Origin: the human T2T-CHM13v2.0 reference genome, Homo sapiens
DNA length: 64,000 nt
Assembly: GCF_009914755.1 (NCBI RefSeq)
Contig: NC_060928.1
Direction: 5' to 3' (one strand)
Positions 26,490 to 42,205 of the stretch are shown here, piece after piece. How positions within the stretch are numbered: the stretch's first letter is position 1; every line of letters begins with the position of its first letter. Both the position numbers and the translations under genes were made by a program. Under the pieces are notes generated by a model, which had not been told where the DNA came from, ran no database searches, and saw only the letters and a list, made by a program, of their open reading frames with translations.

Positions 26490-28751
26490 GTAAGGCAGCA
26501 GATCTCCTTTCAAAGTACCTAGTGGGTGGACATTGACTCCGCACTCCCACCTGCATGCTTTGATTAATGACTATCTTCAGTGCCTTGTTGCCCTCTGCCA
26601 CCTCAACCATTTATTTTTTTCCACTTTATTCATTTGTATCTGTTAAGTATCTTCTTGTCTGGGGCTAATTCCATTGGAAAAGCAGGCATTATTTTTCTAG
26701 ATGTGAAAACAAGTTGGTTGAGAAAATAGGGAAAAAAATCAAATGTTGGACATTCTTTGAGAAGAGGGACAGAATTGGGATATAGAGGTGATGTTGCCTG
26801 GCTTCCTTGATGTTGCTCTGGTTTATGAATAAATGCGCTGTTCAAGAGTTTCTAGCACTGACCCAGGGACAGTAAAAGGACTGTGTTTCTGGTAAGATAA
26901 ACAGAAAGCTTACCCTACTGTAAGGGAGAGGGACTTTTTCAAAAGACAGAGAATGAGGAAGTTCCTGCAACAGTCTCGCTTGTATATTTCTTTCTCCTGA
27001 TACTGCATTTGTGAGATTTGATATCGTATGTATGTCCAGAGAGCCAACTTTGAGCCTTTCAGTACCAACAATCCAGGAAGAGGATAAAATTTCTGCTTCA
27101 AACAGGTAAGCATAGGTAGGTGGAGTCATTGGAGCTCTGTCTTTAAGAAGGGACCCAGATGACAACTCATCCGGGTATTTAATAAGAAACAAGTATTACA
27201 CAAGAGAGGAATTGGGGATTTCCCAGAGAAACTGCCTAATGCACTGGGAATATCCCAATGAAGGTGGCTTTGACACCTGTGCATGAGGAGAGGCAAAACC
27301 TTTACCTTCTGCCTGGACAAATAGCTCTAACTCTTCATAGCAATCCAATGACATAGGAGCTGTTGTCATCTTCATCTTACAAAGGATGAAAACAAGTACC
27401 AAACAGGTTTGAATAACTTGCTTGCTAGTCACACATCAATTACATAGCAAAGCTGGGCATCCAACCTACCACAGGCTATGTCCGAAACCAAAGAAAAACC
27501 AAAATAGAGTTGAAATCTCTCTGTGTTAAGGCTGCAGAGATTGTATCTTTTTATGTTGTATTACTGTAAAAGTTTATTAATAATTCCTGTCTTTAGATTA
27601 TAAAACTGAGGTCTCGGAATTGAACTCTACTTTCATTTGGCAAATCAGATAAAACACCTGGAATTTTCATTAAAGAAAACTCCCCTTATTAGGAAGCCAG
27701 AGCTCTAGAATCTCTCTATCCCTCTAGATTGAATCCCCAAACAGAAGAGGTAAAAGGCCCTTCTGTGAGCATCCAGCACAGGTGTCACCAAGTCCAAAAG
27801 CTAAAGCTGAACTGTGGCCCTCAGTGTCTTATTGAACTATTAAGTTACAATGCTTTACATGTTCTGTTAACTGTATTCCCAGCCCACTGTAATAGAAAAC
27901 CCCAAAGGAGGAGATAGAGGAATATATTCAATTCTGGTCCTTTAGTTAAACAAACAATCCTAGAACCCAGAGTCTATGGTTGAGTACTGTGGGAACACAC
28001 TTAGATGACAAAGATGAATTAGATGCTGTCTCTGTGCCCCACCATGATGTCAACAGCAAGAAGCAACTACAGGTGAAACCCACGGGTGGAATAGGACTGT
28101 GTCTTTCCTCCATGTGCAAAGAATAGACATTGAATACAAAACTGAGTCACACCACTTCCCTGCAAAAAAAAAAGGGTACATTCATGGCCAGATTTCCCTA
28201 TTTCAGAAGGCGTGAACAATTAATAAACATGAGGATGATTTCTATAGCAATGGGCAACCTGCAGTTATCTGGGAAAACTGCTCTACAGTCCTGGTTCTTG
28301 ACCTTGGCTGTGCTCTGGAACATCTTGACACCCAAACCACAGACTTGACAAATGATTTCAGTATCTCTGGGGATGGGTGTTTTCTTGTCAAACTCTCCAA
28401 GTAATTCCAAAGTGAGACCCTAGGTTGATGATCACTGCATAGAATATGTATCTACCAAATGCATTAGGTAAATGTGGTCTTGTTTTTCATTTTAAGTCTG
28501 TTGGGTGTGTACTTGAATCTTAAAATTACTAATAAATGTTGATATTTTGTTTGTTGGTTTAGGGGCATTTCGATTAGCAACTTTATTGAGGTTATTTTAC
28601 ATATCATAAAATATACCCGTTTCAAGTGTACAATTCAATACTTTTGACTAACTTTACAGAGTGATACAACCATCACCATAAATCAGTTTTAGGACATTTC
28701 TGTTCTCCCAAAAAGAACCCTCAGATGTATGGCTTATTTAAGCATACTCAA

Positions 28752-28939
28752 CAGTGTGCTGGAAAAACAGCTGGGAAGAGTTGGGGTGTGGAGAAAGCCC
28801 TGATTTCAAGAATTTGCCTAATTCCCTGGTATAAATACTCCCACTATAGACAATTTCAAGCTGCCAACAATTTAACATCATCGAATTGAATATTTAATAA
28901 TCAACTTGTGCCAGTACTTGCTCCTGCAGCACCTCACTG
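28752..28939. mobile_element. hAT-Blackjack-like (MER63-like) fossil
   Basis: Termini CAGTGTGCTG / CAGCACCTCACTG; internal GGTATAAATACTCCCAC..ATTTCAAGCTGCCAAC. Confidence 0.55.
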
Positions 28940-30134
28940 ATACATTTTTTATAGATAACAATTTGAGAACTCTTGACAATGACTTGTTGCCTCTGCCAGA
29001 ATACTGAACATAACTCGAACATTATAATGACTTTTTCTTTGAACCTTTAACCACTGGCGAGATAGAATCTCTACCAAACCTTCTGATTAATTTAGTTTCC
29101 AAAGACCTCCTTAAAAACAAAATGATTTAATGTAATGGATAGATAAAAGGTAGCTGGTTTTAATGACTTAATTTTTCAATTATTTTTAAGAGGTTATTTG
29201 AGTAGTTAGATAAATCCTTACGTTTATGTTTTTGATAGACATAAACAGATAAGTTAGTGGTTAAATTACAGAAATAGCAGAAGTCTTTGTTCTTGGGCCT
29301 CTGTTTTTTTCAGGCTCTGGAATATGTAAATCCTGTAAATTGAGCCCTGAACTGCAGCAAATCCATCACTTGCCTTTCCAGGACATATACAACTTGCTCA
29401 GAGTACAGGTTTATTATTTTCTAAAATACCTAAATCAAGCAACACAGTGCTTTTCCATGTCTCATTTATAGAGTGTCAGCCTAAAATCATTAATTTTCTT
29501 TCATCTAAAATACATTAATGTGTCCAGAAGCAAAGGAGAAATAAAACCATCTTAAATTGTTGCTCAGCTTCGCTTACACTTCTCAGGGGAGGGTATGGGC
29601 TTAGGGGGAAGAGAGGTGTGGGGAGGGCAAGAAGTGAGGGTGTGGAGAATCAGGGGAGAGGAAGGAGGTGGACCATGAACGAGGAGATGGGTCAGGCTGT
29701 TTGCTGCTTGCAAAATGAAAATATGGCAAAATAAAACAAGTAACAAATACTGGAGATATCACCTAAGTAACAAACTGGTAAAGAATAGCTAGTTAAATTA
29801 CTGAAAATTCCAGCAATTCTTTGGCTTTAACAAAGGTTACTATACTATTTCTACATATAGCTATATATATGTATAAACACAAAAGAAATAACAAAATGAA
29901 AGTGTTTTAGCATACTTTAAAATTAAATATTCAAATGATCTAGTCAGTTGTAACTCCAAGTGAGAAACATAATAAACGTTCTCTTTTTTAAATACTTTCT
30001 CAAATCGAAAGTTGTATAAGAAAGTGCCAGTGTTTGGCTGGATTGGCCAGTGCCAAAGAACTAGATTCCAAGCTCTGAATATTTAAATAAATTGATAACT
30101 AATTAGTCACATATAAGAGAAGTTTAGAGTAGAC

Positions 30135-30452
30135 CATGGAGCAGCAAACCTTTTTTTTATAAAGGGCCGGGTAACGAATGTTTTAGGCTTTGCAGGCCTT
30201 ACAGTCTCTACCTCAACTACTCACATCTGCTGTTGTGCAAAAACTACCAGAGAACACAGAAACAAATGACCGTGATGGTGTTCAAACAAAACGTTATTTA
30301 TACACTGAAATGTGAATTTCATATAATTTTTATGAATATTTTTCTATTTCCCTCAAGCATTTCAAAATGTACAGCCATTCTTGGCTCCCAGTCCATACTA
30401 AAACAGGTGTCTGACAGGAATTAACCCTCAGCTGGTGGTTTGCTGACCCACG
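30135..30452. mobile_element. MER58-type hAT-Charlie fossil
   Basis: GCAAACCTTTTT..TAAAGGGCCGGGTAACGAATGTTTTAGGCTTTGCAGGCC..GTTTGCTGACCC. Confidence 0.75.
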
Positions 30453-30679
30453 GAATAAATGATAATAAACAAAATGAGTCCGTATTATAAGGCAGGCATT
30501 TTGTAGACACCAGCTCTGGTCTTTGAAAGGCACTGGTATTCCAGCTTTACACAGGAAGAGACTCAAGAGCAGAAAAATCAGGTTGCCTACAGTCTCTGAG
30601 TGTCTGTGTTCAAAACCCATGCTGACTTCACAAACCAGGTTGTTTCCCTGCTGTGATAGTCCTAATTTACTGACCACCT

Positions 30680-31150
30680 ACTATGCATCAGCACCATACC
30701 ATTCACACGCATAATGCCATTTAGGCTTCACAATAACACTTTCAATACGATATCACCATACTCATTTCATAGACGCAAAAGGTGACTTCAATAAGCTAAG
30801 TATACGATCCAGGTCACAGACTTTGTAAGTAGTGGAGCTGAGAGACACACCTAGGAACTTACCCCAGAGCTTTCCACTGCATGGTGCTGCTTTGTAGAGC
30901 CCACTGGTCAAAGGTATGTATTCTAGTAATGGCAATTAGTAATTATTGGATGCTTATCATGTGCCAAGCACTAGTTTAAGCCCTTTGCCCATGTGAACTT
31001 GTTTAATTTACACATTGCTGTGAGGTGGGTATTATTACTAATGTTGTCCCCATTTATAGATGAGAAAAGTAAAGAACAGAGTTTTAATCACATGCTCAAG
31101 TTTCCATTCTAACATACCTTCAAATCCAAGAGTTTTGCTCCAGAGCCTTC
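30680..31150 (-). mobile_element. Two MIR fragments
   Basis: MIR core-like CCCCATTTATAGATGAGAAAA and CAGGTCACAGACTTTGTAAGTAGTGGAGCTG. Confidence 0.6.
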
Positions 31151-34100
31151 ATGCTTGACTGCTGATGTAACCTCCTGGTTTTCATCAAATTTCTCTCATC
31201 TTACTATACTAGTACATGTTCATAGTTCTTAATATGAACTGAGAGAAGCAAAGAAAGTTCTGTGATTATAACAAAGTTTACTATAAAAGACATTATTCTT
31301 TCTATTCCTCACATAATATACATGCACATGTACACAAAGCCAGGCCAGCATTCTAGTTAATCAGAACATTATTGAATTTTGTGTAGAATTCATTTTCAGG
31401 ACTAGAAAAATTTATTCAGCTAAGAAACGTAAAGTCAAAATTTCAGTGGAACCTGTTTACAGCGGTGTGACACTAACTACAGCAATACAGCTTGTTCCTC
31501 TTCTGTGCACAGCTCTGTAATCTTGGATTCTAAAAACGGAAGGTGGTTCTTCTGTGGTTGTATAATTAGTATGTAACTAGTGTACAGTTCCATCTCTTCA
31601 TAACTCAAGTGAATTTCCTCTTCAGTTGTGGTGTTTTTCTGTTCCTCCAAAGGGTGACTTCCTTCTACTTACAAGTGGAAATCTGTCCCACAGACTGTCC
31701 ATGTTGTGGGGAGTCACTTTGTTTCATTCATTCACTCTTCTACTGGGTCATAGATCTATCTGTTGTATGATGACGCCAGGCAAGGCAGCATAGAGGAGAC
31801 TACAATAAAGAAGGCATGGCTGTGCAGAGATGGAGGATTCATATGCATGTAGAGTTAGAATGCAGTGTTGTGTGGGCTGAGGGCTGTGACAGTGTCTAGA
31901 TAAAACAATCTCCTATGGAAGGCTATCTTCTCCACAGTAGAAGTGGAGAAGATGGCCTTGGAGCTGATATGATTTTTGTCAGTTGAAGTTAGAAAAGGTG
32001 AAATTTTCTACAGAGAAAATGGCCTGAATAAAGGAGTGATGGTAGCAAAATATGCAAGGATTCAGAATTGAAAAAGCTCACATGAACTCAGACCCACCCA
32101 GTCCCCAAGACCCATCTGGTTTGTCAGCATTCTGGTGGTCTGGTTCTGGTCTCTACCTCTATCCATCTCATCCTATGAGAAGCTTCAACTTGGCTTTTCT
32201 CTTGTACTTCTGTTTTCATGACCATACTCTTAGATATTTTGTTAAAACCTGCATTAATTTCTGGCTCCTACCAACTCCCGTAGAGGATAAATTCCTATTC
32301 TGAGCCCATCGACCTCTGTGTCCTACTGCCTGATAGAGGCCTGCCTCTACCAAGAGCACAGTGAACACTGCTGGGCCTTATCAGTGTTCGCTGCTCACCA
32401 CTTGCTTCTTTATGGTCATGCTTCCCCTGACCCTGCCCACTAGCACCTGCCCCCATTATCTGTTGTTAGACCTTCTTTGTTTAAAAATGTTTATAACTTT
32501 AAAAAGTGTAAGAGTAATCACTTGTTTTAATAACAGTATGATGATTATGTAAAAGAATGTCACTTTTGAGAGATGCATGTTGAATTATTTAGGGTTAAAG
32601 TGTCAGGATATCTGTAATTTACTTTAAAACTGTTCATCGAAAGAGTCAAAATTAAACGTTGTATTAAAAATGTGGCAAAAGGTTAAAAATTATTCTACCT
32701 GAAATATGGGTATTATTTCAATGCAGTAACATTGATGCTATTTTTCTACTTTCCAGTATATCTGAATTTATTTATAATAAATAGTTGAAAATAATAGTAA
32801 TATATATTAATTATCAAAAATTAGAGAGATGAAGAGAAGCATCAAAATATAAAGAAAAGCACTAAAATGTCAGCCATGTACTACTACCTAAAATAACATT
32901 GTTCATCTTGATTCTAGTTTTTAAGAAATGTTTTTCTGTACACACACACAAACATATATAGAGATTGAATTGTAATCATATTATATGTATAATTTTGCTT
33001 TTGCTTTTTGGTAGGATATTTTTCCATCATCTCCTTCTTGATCTGTCTCAAAGTAGGCTCTTGCTTCCCTCTGAAAGCATGGATATTTAGGTTGATCTAG
33101 ATTCTGGAGGGCCTAAAATAGATTTGGTCAATGAACAATGTGGACTCACTGAAGGTTCATAGGAATGTGGAATTACATAGTCATCATGTTTTGTTTTTAG
33201 GTAGATTAATCTGATAGTTCAGCATGATGGGTGGCAATGGGGCTAGAGCCAAGATAGTGGGTTAGTGAGGGAGTTTTCAGATTGGTGAGTAGGAAACTAG
33301 AGTGCTAACCCGGGAATAGTCAGGAAGGAACAAGGGTAGAATCCAGCAATTCCATTGAGCTAAGCAAAATAAGCGACTCATGTCCAAACAAAACTAGTTC
33401 TGCTTTTGTGTATGTTTTCAAAATGGTATCAAAGAAATTTTGAAAACCTTAATGTCTCACAAATATATTATAACTCATTGTTTGCTTTATCAGTATAAAT
33501 TTCTAAATTTTCCTGGGTTTCATGTTACTGCTCCTAGAGTTCTGACTTATACAAGTTGATTGCATGTTTGGGTTGATTCACCAGATACTCTTGAAACCAT
33601 TTTGCAGATGTCAGTCCTGAGGTACTAAGAGGTTTAGCCACTTGCTTTAGGCTAGAGCACAGTAAACTCCTTTTAATGGTGAACTCCTTAGGAGCAGGAC
33701 AGTGGTTTATTCATCTTTGCCTTCTCCATCTGAGCATACCACTTGATAAAGAGCAGATGTTTAAATGTTGAATTGCCCCAAGTTGAGTCAAGGCCAAGAC
33801 CAGAACTCAAGCCTCCTGACTTAAGCCAGTGAGCTTTCCACTGAACCAACGCTGATGATGTACTTGCATTCATCACTTTCAGACTCACTCAGTCCCCTTA
33901 TGCCCAGTGGTTTTTACTGGTGGAATAAATTGACGTTGGTTAGAGGTATCGCCTAAACCATGGAATAGAGAAGAGATAACTAATGAAACAAGAATCTGCC
34001 TGTATTTTTTTTACAGACCCCAATGTACTTATAGCTCTTTCCTATAGCTGAAGCTTCCTGAAAGTGACCCTCTCTGTCTCCTACACTAGCCCACAATGGT

Positions 34101-36736
34101 AGGTTGTCAATGGCAACCACAGTTTGAAGACAATTACCCTGAACCAGCACTTTGTGAGGGATAAGTTACAAGAGTAACCATAGTAAGCCCAGAGTCAAGC
34201 TTGATTTTACTTGAAGATGAGCCCTCTTAAGAGAACCTCTGATTTTCATTCCCTGCCTAGTCATTCTAGGCCTTTTCAAGGTTTTTTCCAATCCAAATAA
34301 AATGTTCCCTGAGCCTCAGTTACTGGAGAGCAGTGGTGCTTTTTTGGTCTTGCAGCCATTCCTGTACTGTGAAGGCTTCCCTGGGGACCGAACAGAAGGA
34401 TCTCAGTACAGTGAGATGCAGTTTTCACCCCTCCCGCAAGTAGTGGCTCTGTCCCTCAGGTCTGTCCAAATCTGACTTCCCTGGGTATGTTGGTCCATCT
34501 CTGAGTCAGGCTCTGTGGATTTTTCTTTATCTTTAAAGACATCTTTATCTTTCATTGTTTTCTCTGCCCCTGTCTCCTGGATCACTCTTTGGGTCTGCAT
34601 GTGCATTCCCTAAGTCTCTGTCCCCATGTGCTTCTGGCTATCTGTGTGAGCTGGCGAGTCTATCTTGGTCTCTTGAGTTTTGTGTCTCTATCTTTCTATC
34701 CGTCTGTCTGCAGCTCTTTGACTTTTGTGTCTCTGAGACTTTGTGCCACTCTGTCTCTGAATCTCTGAGTCTCCATGTCTGTCTGTCTCTGTGTTTTCGT
34801 CTTCCAGAGCTTCTTGCATCATTTCTCAGACTTCTTCAAGAACAGGTTCATCCTGATCTCAAACTCCTACAGAATTCTCTCCTCCCTTTCAGTTTTGATT
34901 TCCATTAGCTGAGCCTTGACTCCCACCAAAAAACTTGGGACCTGCCTTTAACTCACAGATCAATGAGATATTTGCATGCTCCGCCTCTGTCATCACTCAG
35001 GTCTGTTTTCTAAAGCCTGGGGCAGCTGGTCTCACCATTTAGCTCTGCTCTTAGCTCATGTAAACATGGGCATTTAGAAAAGCAATTTTGAAAGATACAG
35101 CCCTGCTGGTTCCATCACAGAAACGTCTCTATTGGAGAGACTCTAGAGAATCTTTCTTTGGCCTCCCCTGTATATCACACTACACCTGTCTGAGACCATG
35201 TAAGAACTTCCAAAATCCTTTATAAGGCTTCGGCTTGATTCCCTCTATTTGAACAGGGTCCATTGCTATTATCAATGGAAAAATAAGCCCACACTTGTGA
35301 ACATGTGACTTAATGGGCTTGTGTGGGCAACACCATCTTTCTTAGATATGTCACAACCTGATTCTAATATAAATTACAGCACTGGTAGCTCTTGAGTTAC
35401 ATAAGACACCCTAAACCCATGATTTCTAATGGCATAGAGGGCCAAACACTTTACCTTTCACAAAATCAAAGTATCTAGCACCGACCCTATGAACAAATGA
35501 GCATGAATGAAATCAGCAGCCAAGGAATCCCATGGAATAGTTCAAGTGGTAAGAACAGATTAAACCTTAGAGTGTGAACGCCTAATAGATTCATCTTTGT
35601 TCTATCACTGTTGTGTTCAGAAAGATTGTGAGGCTAAGTATAGGCTCAGCAAGAAAGACACATCAATTAGCTGTGCCATGTATGAACTTAGAGAAGGGGT
35701 GTGGCACATATGTTATGCATTTGTCATCTTTGGTCTAGATAGTTCAGAGGGGTGTCAGTGTCATATAAAAGTGAGAACAACTTTGAAAATGAAATAAGAG
35801 AAAATTTTCTAAAGAAGAATGCTTTTGTTGGCTGTTCAACTCCAGGGCATTTTGGCTGTTTTAACACAATCAGGAGTTTTTTTCCCACTTTGCGTTGAAA
35901 TATATGTCCTCTTTATAACTCTGATGAAACAGAATTGAGGTTCTATTTCATGTATCTTTTCCAGGCAGGGAAAAATATATCATTAAATATGTGAATAATC
36001 TGTAGACATGAGTTACTAAGACATTTTGTCATCAAGAAATATACTATCTAAATGGATGTGTGGCATGTGTTTTAAAGTGCAAGATTGCTTTCTGTGTCCA
36101 CCAGTTCTTCCAGAATTATTTTGCACCACTTCCCAACAGGGACCCTGTGCTCCAGCTAGGCATTTGGTTGCCCATGCACACCAAGCCCATGTCCACTCCA
36201 GTGCCTTTGCTTATGTCATTTCTCCTCTCAGAATGCCTCTCACTGCCTAATGAATCCTATATTCATTCTTCATACTGCAGTTTATCATTCTCCCGCTCCA
36301 TGAAGTTTTCCCTGATCATTCCAGCCCACTGTGAGCTCCCCTTCCTATGCTATAATATTTACTGTCCATATCACTAAGATAGCAGCTATTTGGTGATTCT
36401 TCTATGTTAACCTGCAGATCCTTCTCTTTTCCATTCTGTTGGTACTGAAAAGTCACTTAGTACTTTGCTTTGCCCTTCTCTTCAAATGCCAAATTCTGTG
36501 AACTCAAACTGTTCACATTATTGAAGTGAATTAAAGTTTTCAGGCCCAAGAGTCCTTCCCATACATGCTCCTCAAACTCTAAAGTGCATAACAATCACGT
36601 GGGACTTAGCAGGTTGAGGGAGGGGCCTGAGGTTGTGTGTGGTCCATGTTGGCTGCTCATTAGCAACTCTTTTCACTTGACACTTCCCAGTAGTAAAAAG
36701 TTTCTTATTGCACCTGATTTTAAAACCATCACTCTT

Positions 36737-37045
<309 letters not shown>

Positions 37046-38672
37046 TCACACTTATAAGTGCAGATGAAGGAAATGACCTAATTGGAAGTTTTAATCAACA
37101 GTAAGTCCAGTGTGAATCAGCTATGTGATGCAATTGTGAAGAAACTAATGCATTCTCGGGCTGCCTTATGTGTGCCCAGCAGCCAGAATAAGGGAGCTCC
37201 TGTGCTGCTTTGTTTTGCAGGTCAGAGTTTAACGTTAAGACAGATTTTTTAAGTTTGAAAGGTTTTCAGATGAGATGAGTTCTTTGGGTGATAAGGTCCC
37301 TGGATGATAAAGGAACTGAAAGCCTGTCATAAAAGGAAAAGCTGAAGATGATGGAAAGAGAAGAAGGTGCATTCTAAATGCTTTCAACTCTTTCTATAAG
37401 TATCATCTATGTAACTCCAAGAAGTAGCTCTGAAACCATCTGCTGAAAGCCATCTACACAGCAAAAAATGGCAATTCATTGTAGCCCAAGAGTTTTCTAA
37501 CCATGAATCATGAACATATGGATTAAGCTTGCCTATACAAGTACTGAGTTCCCCATCATTAGCAATATGTAGGCAAAGATTGGATAAGAGTACTATAGAG
37601 TTTAGAAATTATTCAAACACTGTTGTTGTGCATTTCTGACAAGATCCCAGGTGATGCTGATGCTGTTGGTCCATACTTTAAGTAGCAAAGCTTTGCACTG
37701 TGGTTTAAACATCAGGTACAACCCGTTAGTAGGCTTAAAGTGAATTTAATGGGTCACATCAATATTCATTCAAAATAAAGAGAAAACAATATATTCAAGT
37801 TAATAGCCTATAGAAAGATAGGTGTTACGTCCTGTAACTTTTTGTTTTTTGTGCGTCTTTGTGACATATGTATGTTTATATATATACAGAGTGATATAAA
37901 ATGTATTTTGTACTGTGAGTCAATTCAAAAAATTTAAAAGCCTCTCCTTTAAAGAACAGAACAAATGAGGTATAAAGTTAGATTAGTAAATTAAAACAGT
38001 AAAACCCAGTGGGATAAGAAACTATGAAGGTTCCACTATTCTGGAGCAATTTTCCAGAAGATTCTAGCTCAAAGAGGCCCCAGAATGAAAGGAAAGGAAG
38101 CTGAACCGAGGACCAGCTTTCTGGATCCAGCCTGTCCACATTCTCTGTGGCTGAGTTTATTTTCTGTATCTTACTAAGAGGCAGCTATGAAAATTCTTTA
38201 GTGGGTGGTGTTTCCTAGTTTTTTACTGTATCATGGAAAGGATAATATCACTGTTTCCTTCAAGTTGAATTGCTGGTTTTCATAATCTTATAAACCCAGT
38301 ACAAATATTCTTTTGGAGCTTGATTAGTCTTTTCTCTGTTGACTTTATCAGACTTGAGACATAATTATGGCAATGTGTGGGCCTTGGGGAAAATGGAGAC
38401 TATTAACATTCTTTCTAATAGGAGTTTCTTGCTCTTTTTTGCTTCTTCAGGGAAAATGAGACTAGAAGAATTTTTTTTTTAAGTTTCAAAAAATGAACCT
38501 ATTCCCAACTGCATAACAGTGTGTTCCTACCACTTTGCAAATGTCTAGCATATCCATAATACATTGTTTAATTTAGCAAATCTAGTTTTTTTTCTGTAAA
38601 AGTTAAAGAATTGCATAAAAAATTTATAAAAGAAGAAAATTTTTCCAATACATGAAAATAAGAAGGTTCTCT

Positions 38673-38996
<324 letters not shown>

Positions 38997-39575
38997 TCAC
39001 CTTGATGGATGAGAAAACTGAGGTTGCTACTTGCCAGGGGGTCACATAGTGAATAAGGTAAAAATTGTTGGAGCAGATAGACTACCTGAGGGAACGACCA
39101 GAGACAAATGCATGACCTCTCCTCACCAACAATTATAAAAACTTCATTACTAATCACATTGAGAAGCTGAAAATAGCTTTTCTATACTATCAAGAAGTTT
39201 TTAAAGTGTTCTAGATGAAAGACTGAATTATCATTCCATTCCCCCATAGAAAATTATATTATTAAATTATTACATGAAGAGACAATCAAATACCAGACAG
39301 CAAAAATATAGAGAAAAAAATTATAAGGTTTGATTCAACAGTTAATTAATACAAATACGTTATTTTCTCTGTGTTGTGATGTTTGTGATATTTTTGTTTT
39401 TAAAATTTGTAATTTGCGATTTCTCATTTTAAATAAATATTCCTTTCTTTTTTGTAATTTTGCATAATTTGTCTTAAAGAGACCTCCAGATTTTATAAGC
39501 TTCAAGACCATTGAAATCTGCCTCTTATCCCTAATAACTGGAATATTCAAATTTTTAAAAATTGAATATAGTTCT

Positions 39576-39870
<295 letters not shown>

Positions 39871-40230
39871 TTGAATATAGAGCAAATTATAGAAACTGTA
39901 AGGTCCATGCAATTAGATTTTATGTAATGAGCTATTGGACATGCATATTAAGCCACAGGCAGCTCTATAAACATCAGACAAGGAACTGTCAGTATTCAGT
40001 GCCACATATAGAGCCTCAATATCCTCCACCTTCATCTCTCACCATTCCCAACTGCTGTCCTTCATCACTCACTTTGAATTCTCACATGACTACATGATAT
40101 TCTGATTCTCATACACGCCTTGCATTCTCTCACTTCTAGGCCTTTGCTGCTGCTATTCCCTCCCATGTTATATCTCCCTGAACAACTGCGGATCCAAACC
40201 CCACCAGACTTTTAATGGGAAAAAGCCAAA

Positions 40231-40278
40231 CTCTCTCTTTCTCTCTCTCTCTCTTTCTCTTTCTCTCTCTCTCTCTCA
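40231..40278 (+). repeat. (CT)n microsatellite, interrupted
   Basis: CTCTCTCTTTCTCTCTCTCTCTCTTTCTCTTTCTCTCTCTCTCTCTC. Confidence 0.9.
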
Positions 40279-42205
40279 ATCTTCACCTAAGTGCCTAGGC
40301 CAGTCCAAGTACTCAATAAGCAGTAGTTGAATAAATGAAAGAATATGGCAAATTATTAATAAGGTTATCTCTGGAAGTTGGATTAAGTAAGAAATTAGCT
40401 ATTTTCTTTTTTTCTAATTAAATTTGTAGCTAACTAATATAGAAATCTATTTTTTTCATTAGAACAAGCTAAATTAGAAAAATCTGATCAAGCTAAAGTC
40501 TCCTTTGAACAAATTCTGGTTCCTTCTACAAAGAAAATCATACTTATGAATTTGGTGTATATTTTTAAAACTCTTATTTTATGTTTTTATATATCTTAAT
40601 ATGTAAGCATATTTTTGTTGTTGATATTTTATAGGGGAACGTGTTAAAACCAAGTGGTAACATTTGGTGCCTGCAACTAGTTCTTCTAACTTTACAATAT
40701 ATGTTGGGATCTATCAACTTTGATGTGTGTGTGTATACACACCTATCTTCAGTGATTCTCAGTGGTGGGGTGTAATTGACATCATGAACAAGACAATTCT
40801 TGGTTCTTCAAGACTGTATCATTTGTAGGATGTTAAGCATCCCTGGCACCCTCTCACAAAATAACAATAGCACCCCGACTCCCTGCCCTCATTATCTGGC
40901 AACCAAAAATATGCTCACAGCTTTTCAAACACTTTTGGTTAACTTTTTACATAATCTCATCCTTTTAGCACTCCACTTTATTTATCATCTCCATGTCGAT
41001 GGACATTTAGGATGGCTCTAGATTTCTTACTCTTACAAACAATTCTGCAGTGAACACCCTTGTTCATATTTTCTTCTGCTCATGTATGGGTGTTTCACTA
41101 GGTGGAAACTAGAAGAGGAATCGCTGGTCATATGTGGAGGTTCAGTTACACCCTATGTGCTAAATTCCCCTCCAACTTAGACCCTTATCAACAATGGACA
41201 GTAATAGCCATTGCCCAAATTCTCCAATACTTAATACTATCCAATCCTTTCATTATAACCGATCTGGTGGATAAAGAAAAATATCACATTATTATTGTAA
41301 TCTGCATTTCTCTGATTAATAGTGAGATTATTTATTTGAAACACATCTTTCCTCTTCTGAAAAACACATACTTTATCTTCTTTACATGTATATATTTTAA
41401 CTTTTACTATATATGCTTTATAATCAGAATAAAAGGTAACACAACCTTAAAAAAAAAAAAACAGGTTATATTTCAAGGCCTATACAGATGTTGGCTCATT
41501 CAGGGAACCTGATTTCGATCTTTCTTTTTAGAACATCCCTTGGGTACTTTATTCTCTCTTGGATATAGTTTGCAATATGCTTGTCTTATTCTCCTGACTA
41601 GATTAATGGTTATTTGTCACCCAGTCTGAGGCTTTTCCATTTTTGTTCCCTTTGACCTGCCTAGCACAATGCCTTGCACAGATTTGAAGCAATGACTGAA
41701 GGCAGAAAAGGTTGATTATGGGAAAACTACCAACTTAACTCTATTTTTAACTTTTATGGACACAGTCTTGAATCATCCTTATCAAAGGTGGACATATTTC
41801 TACAAAGAATACAAATGTCATTAGGATATACATTCACTCCCCTGAAAGAAATGCTCATCAGAATGTTCCAGGAAAGGAATGCTTAACTCAATTAAAAGGG
41901 GAAGTTTAGGTTTTTGTGGAAAAGCTATTTGGGGAATGAGGATCCTTATTGCACCACTGACATCATGGAATGTAGGTGGCTGCCTGGAAAGCTCTATACT
42001 GGGCTTGCCCAGGCCCTGGAGTCTGTAAACTCCTGAAAAGGCAATATTGACTCAGGCAAAGCTGCCACCAAGGAATTGCAGTCTCCAAGAATTTTCCAGA
42101 CTGCAGCTTAGTGTGATTCTTCTTGCATTATACTCAAGTATTTCTTATGTGTTTATGGTATATAGTTATTGTTTTTTAAATTATCATTAAAACATTATTA
42201 GTAAA

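Noticed and set aside
41102-41512. 136-aa + strand ORF in intron 1
   Set aside because: Non-ATG start, lies on the antisense strand of an old L1M-like fragment and runs through an A-tract
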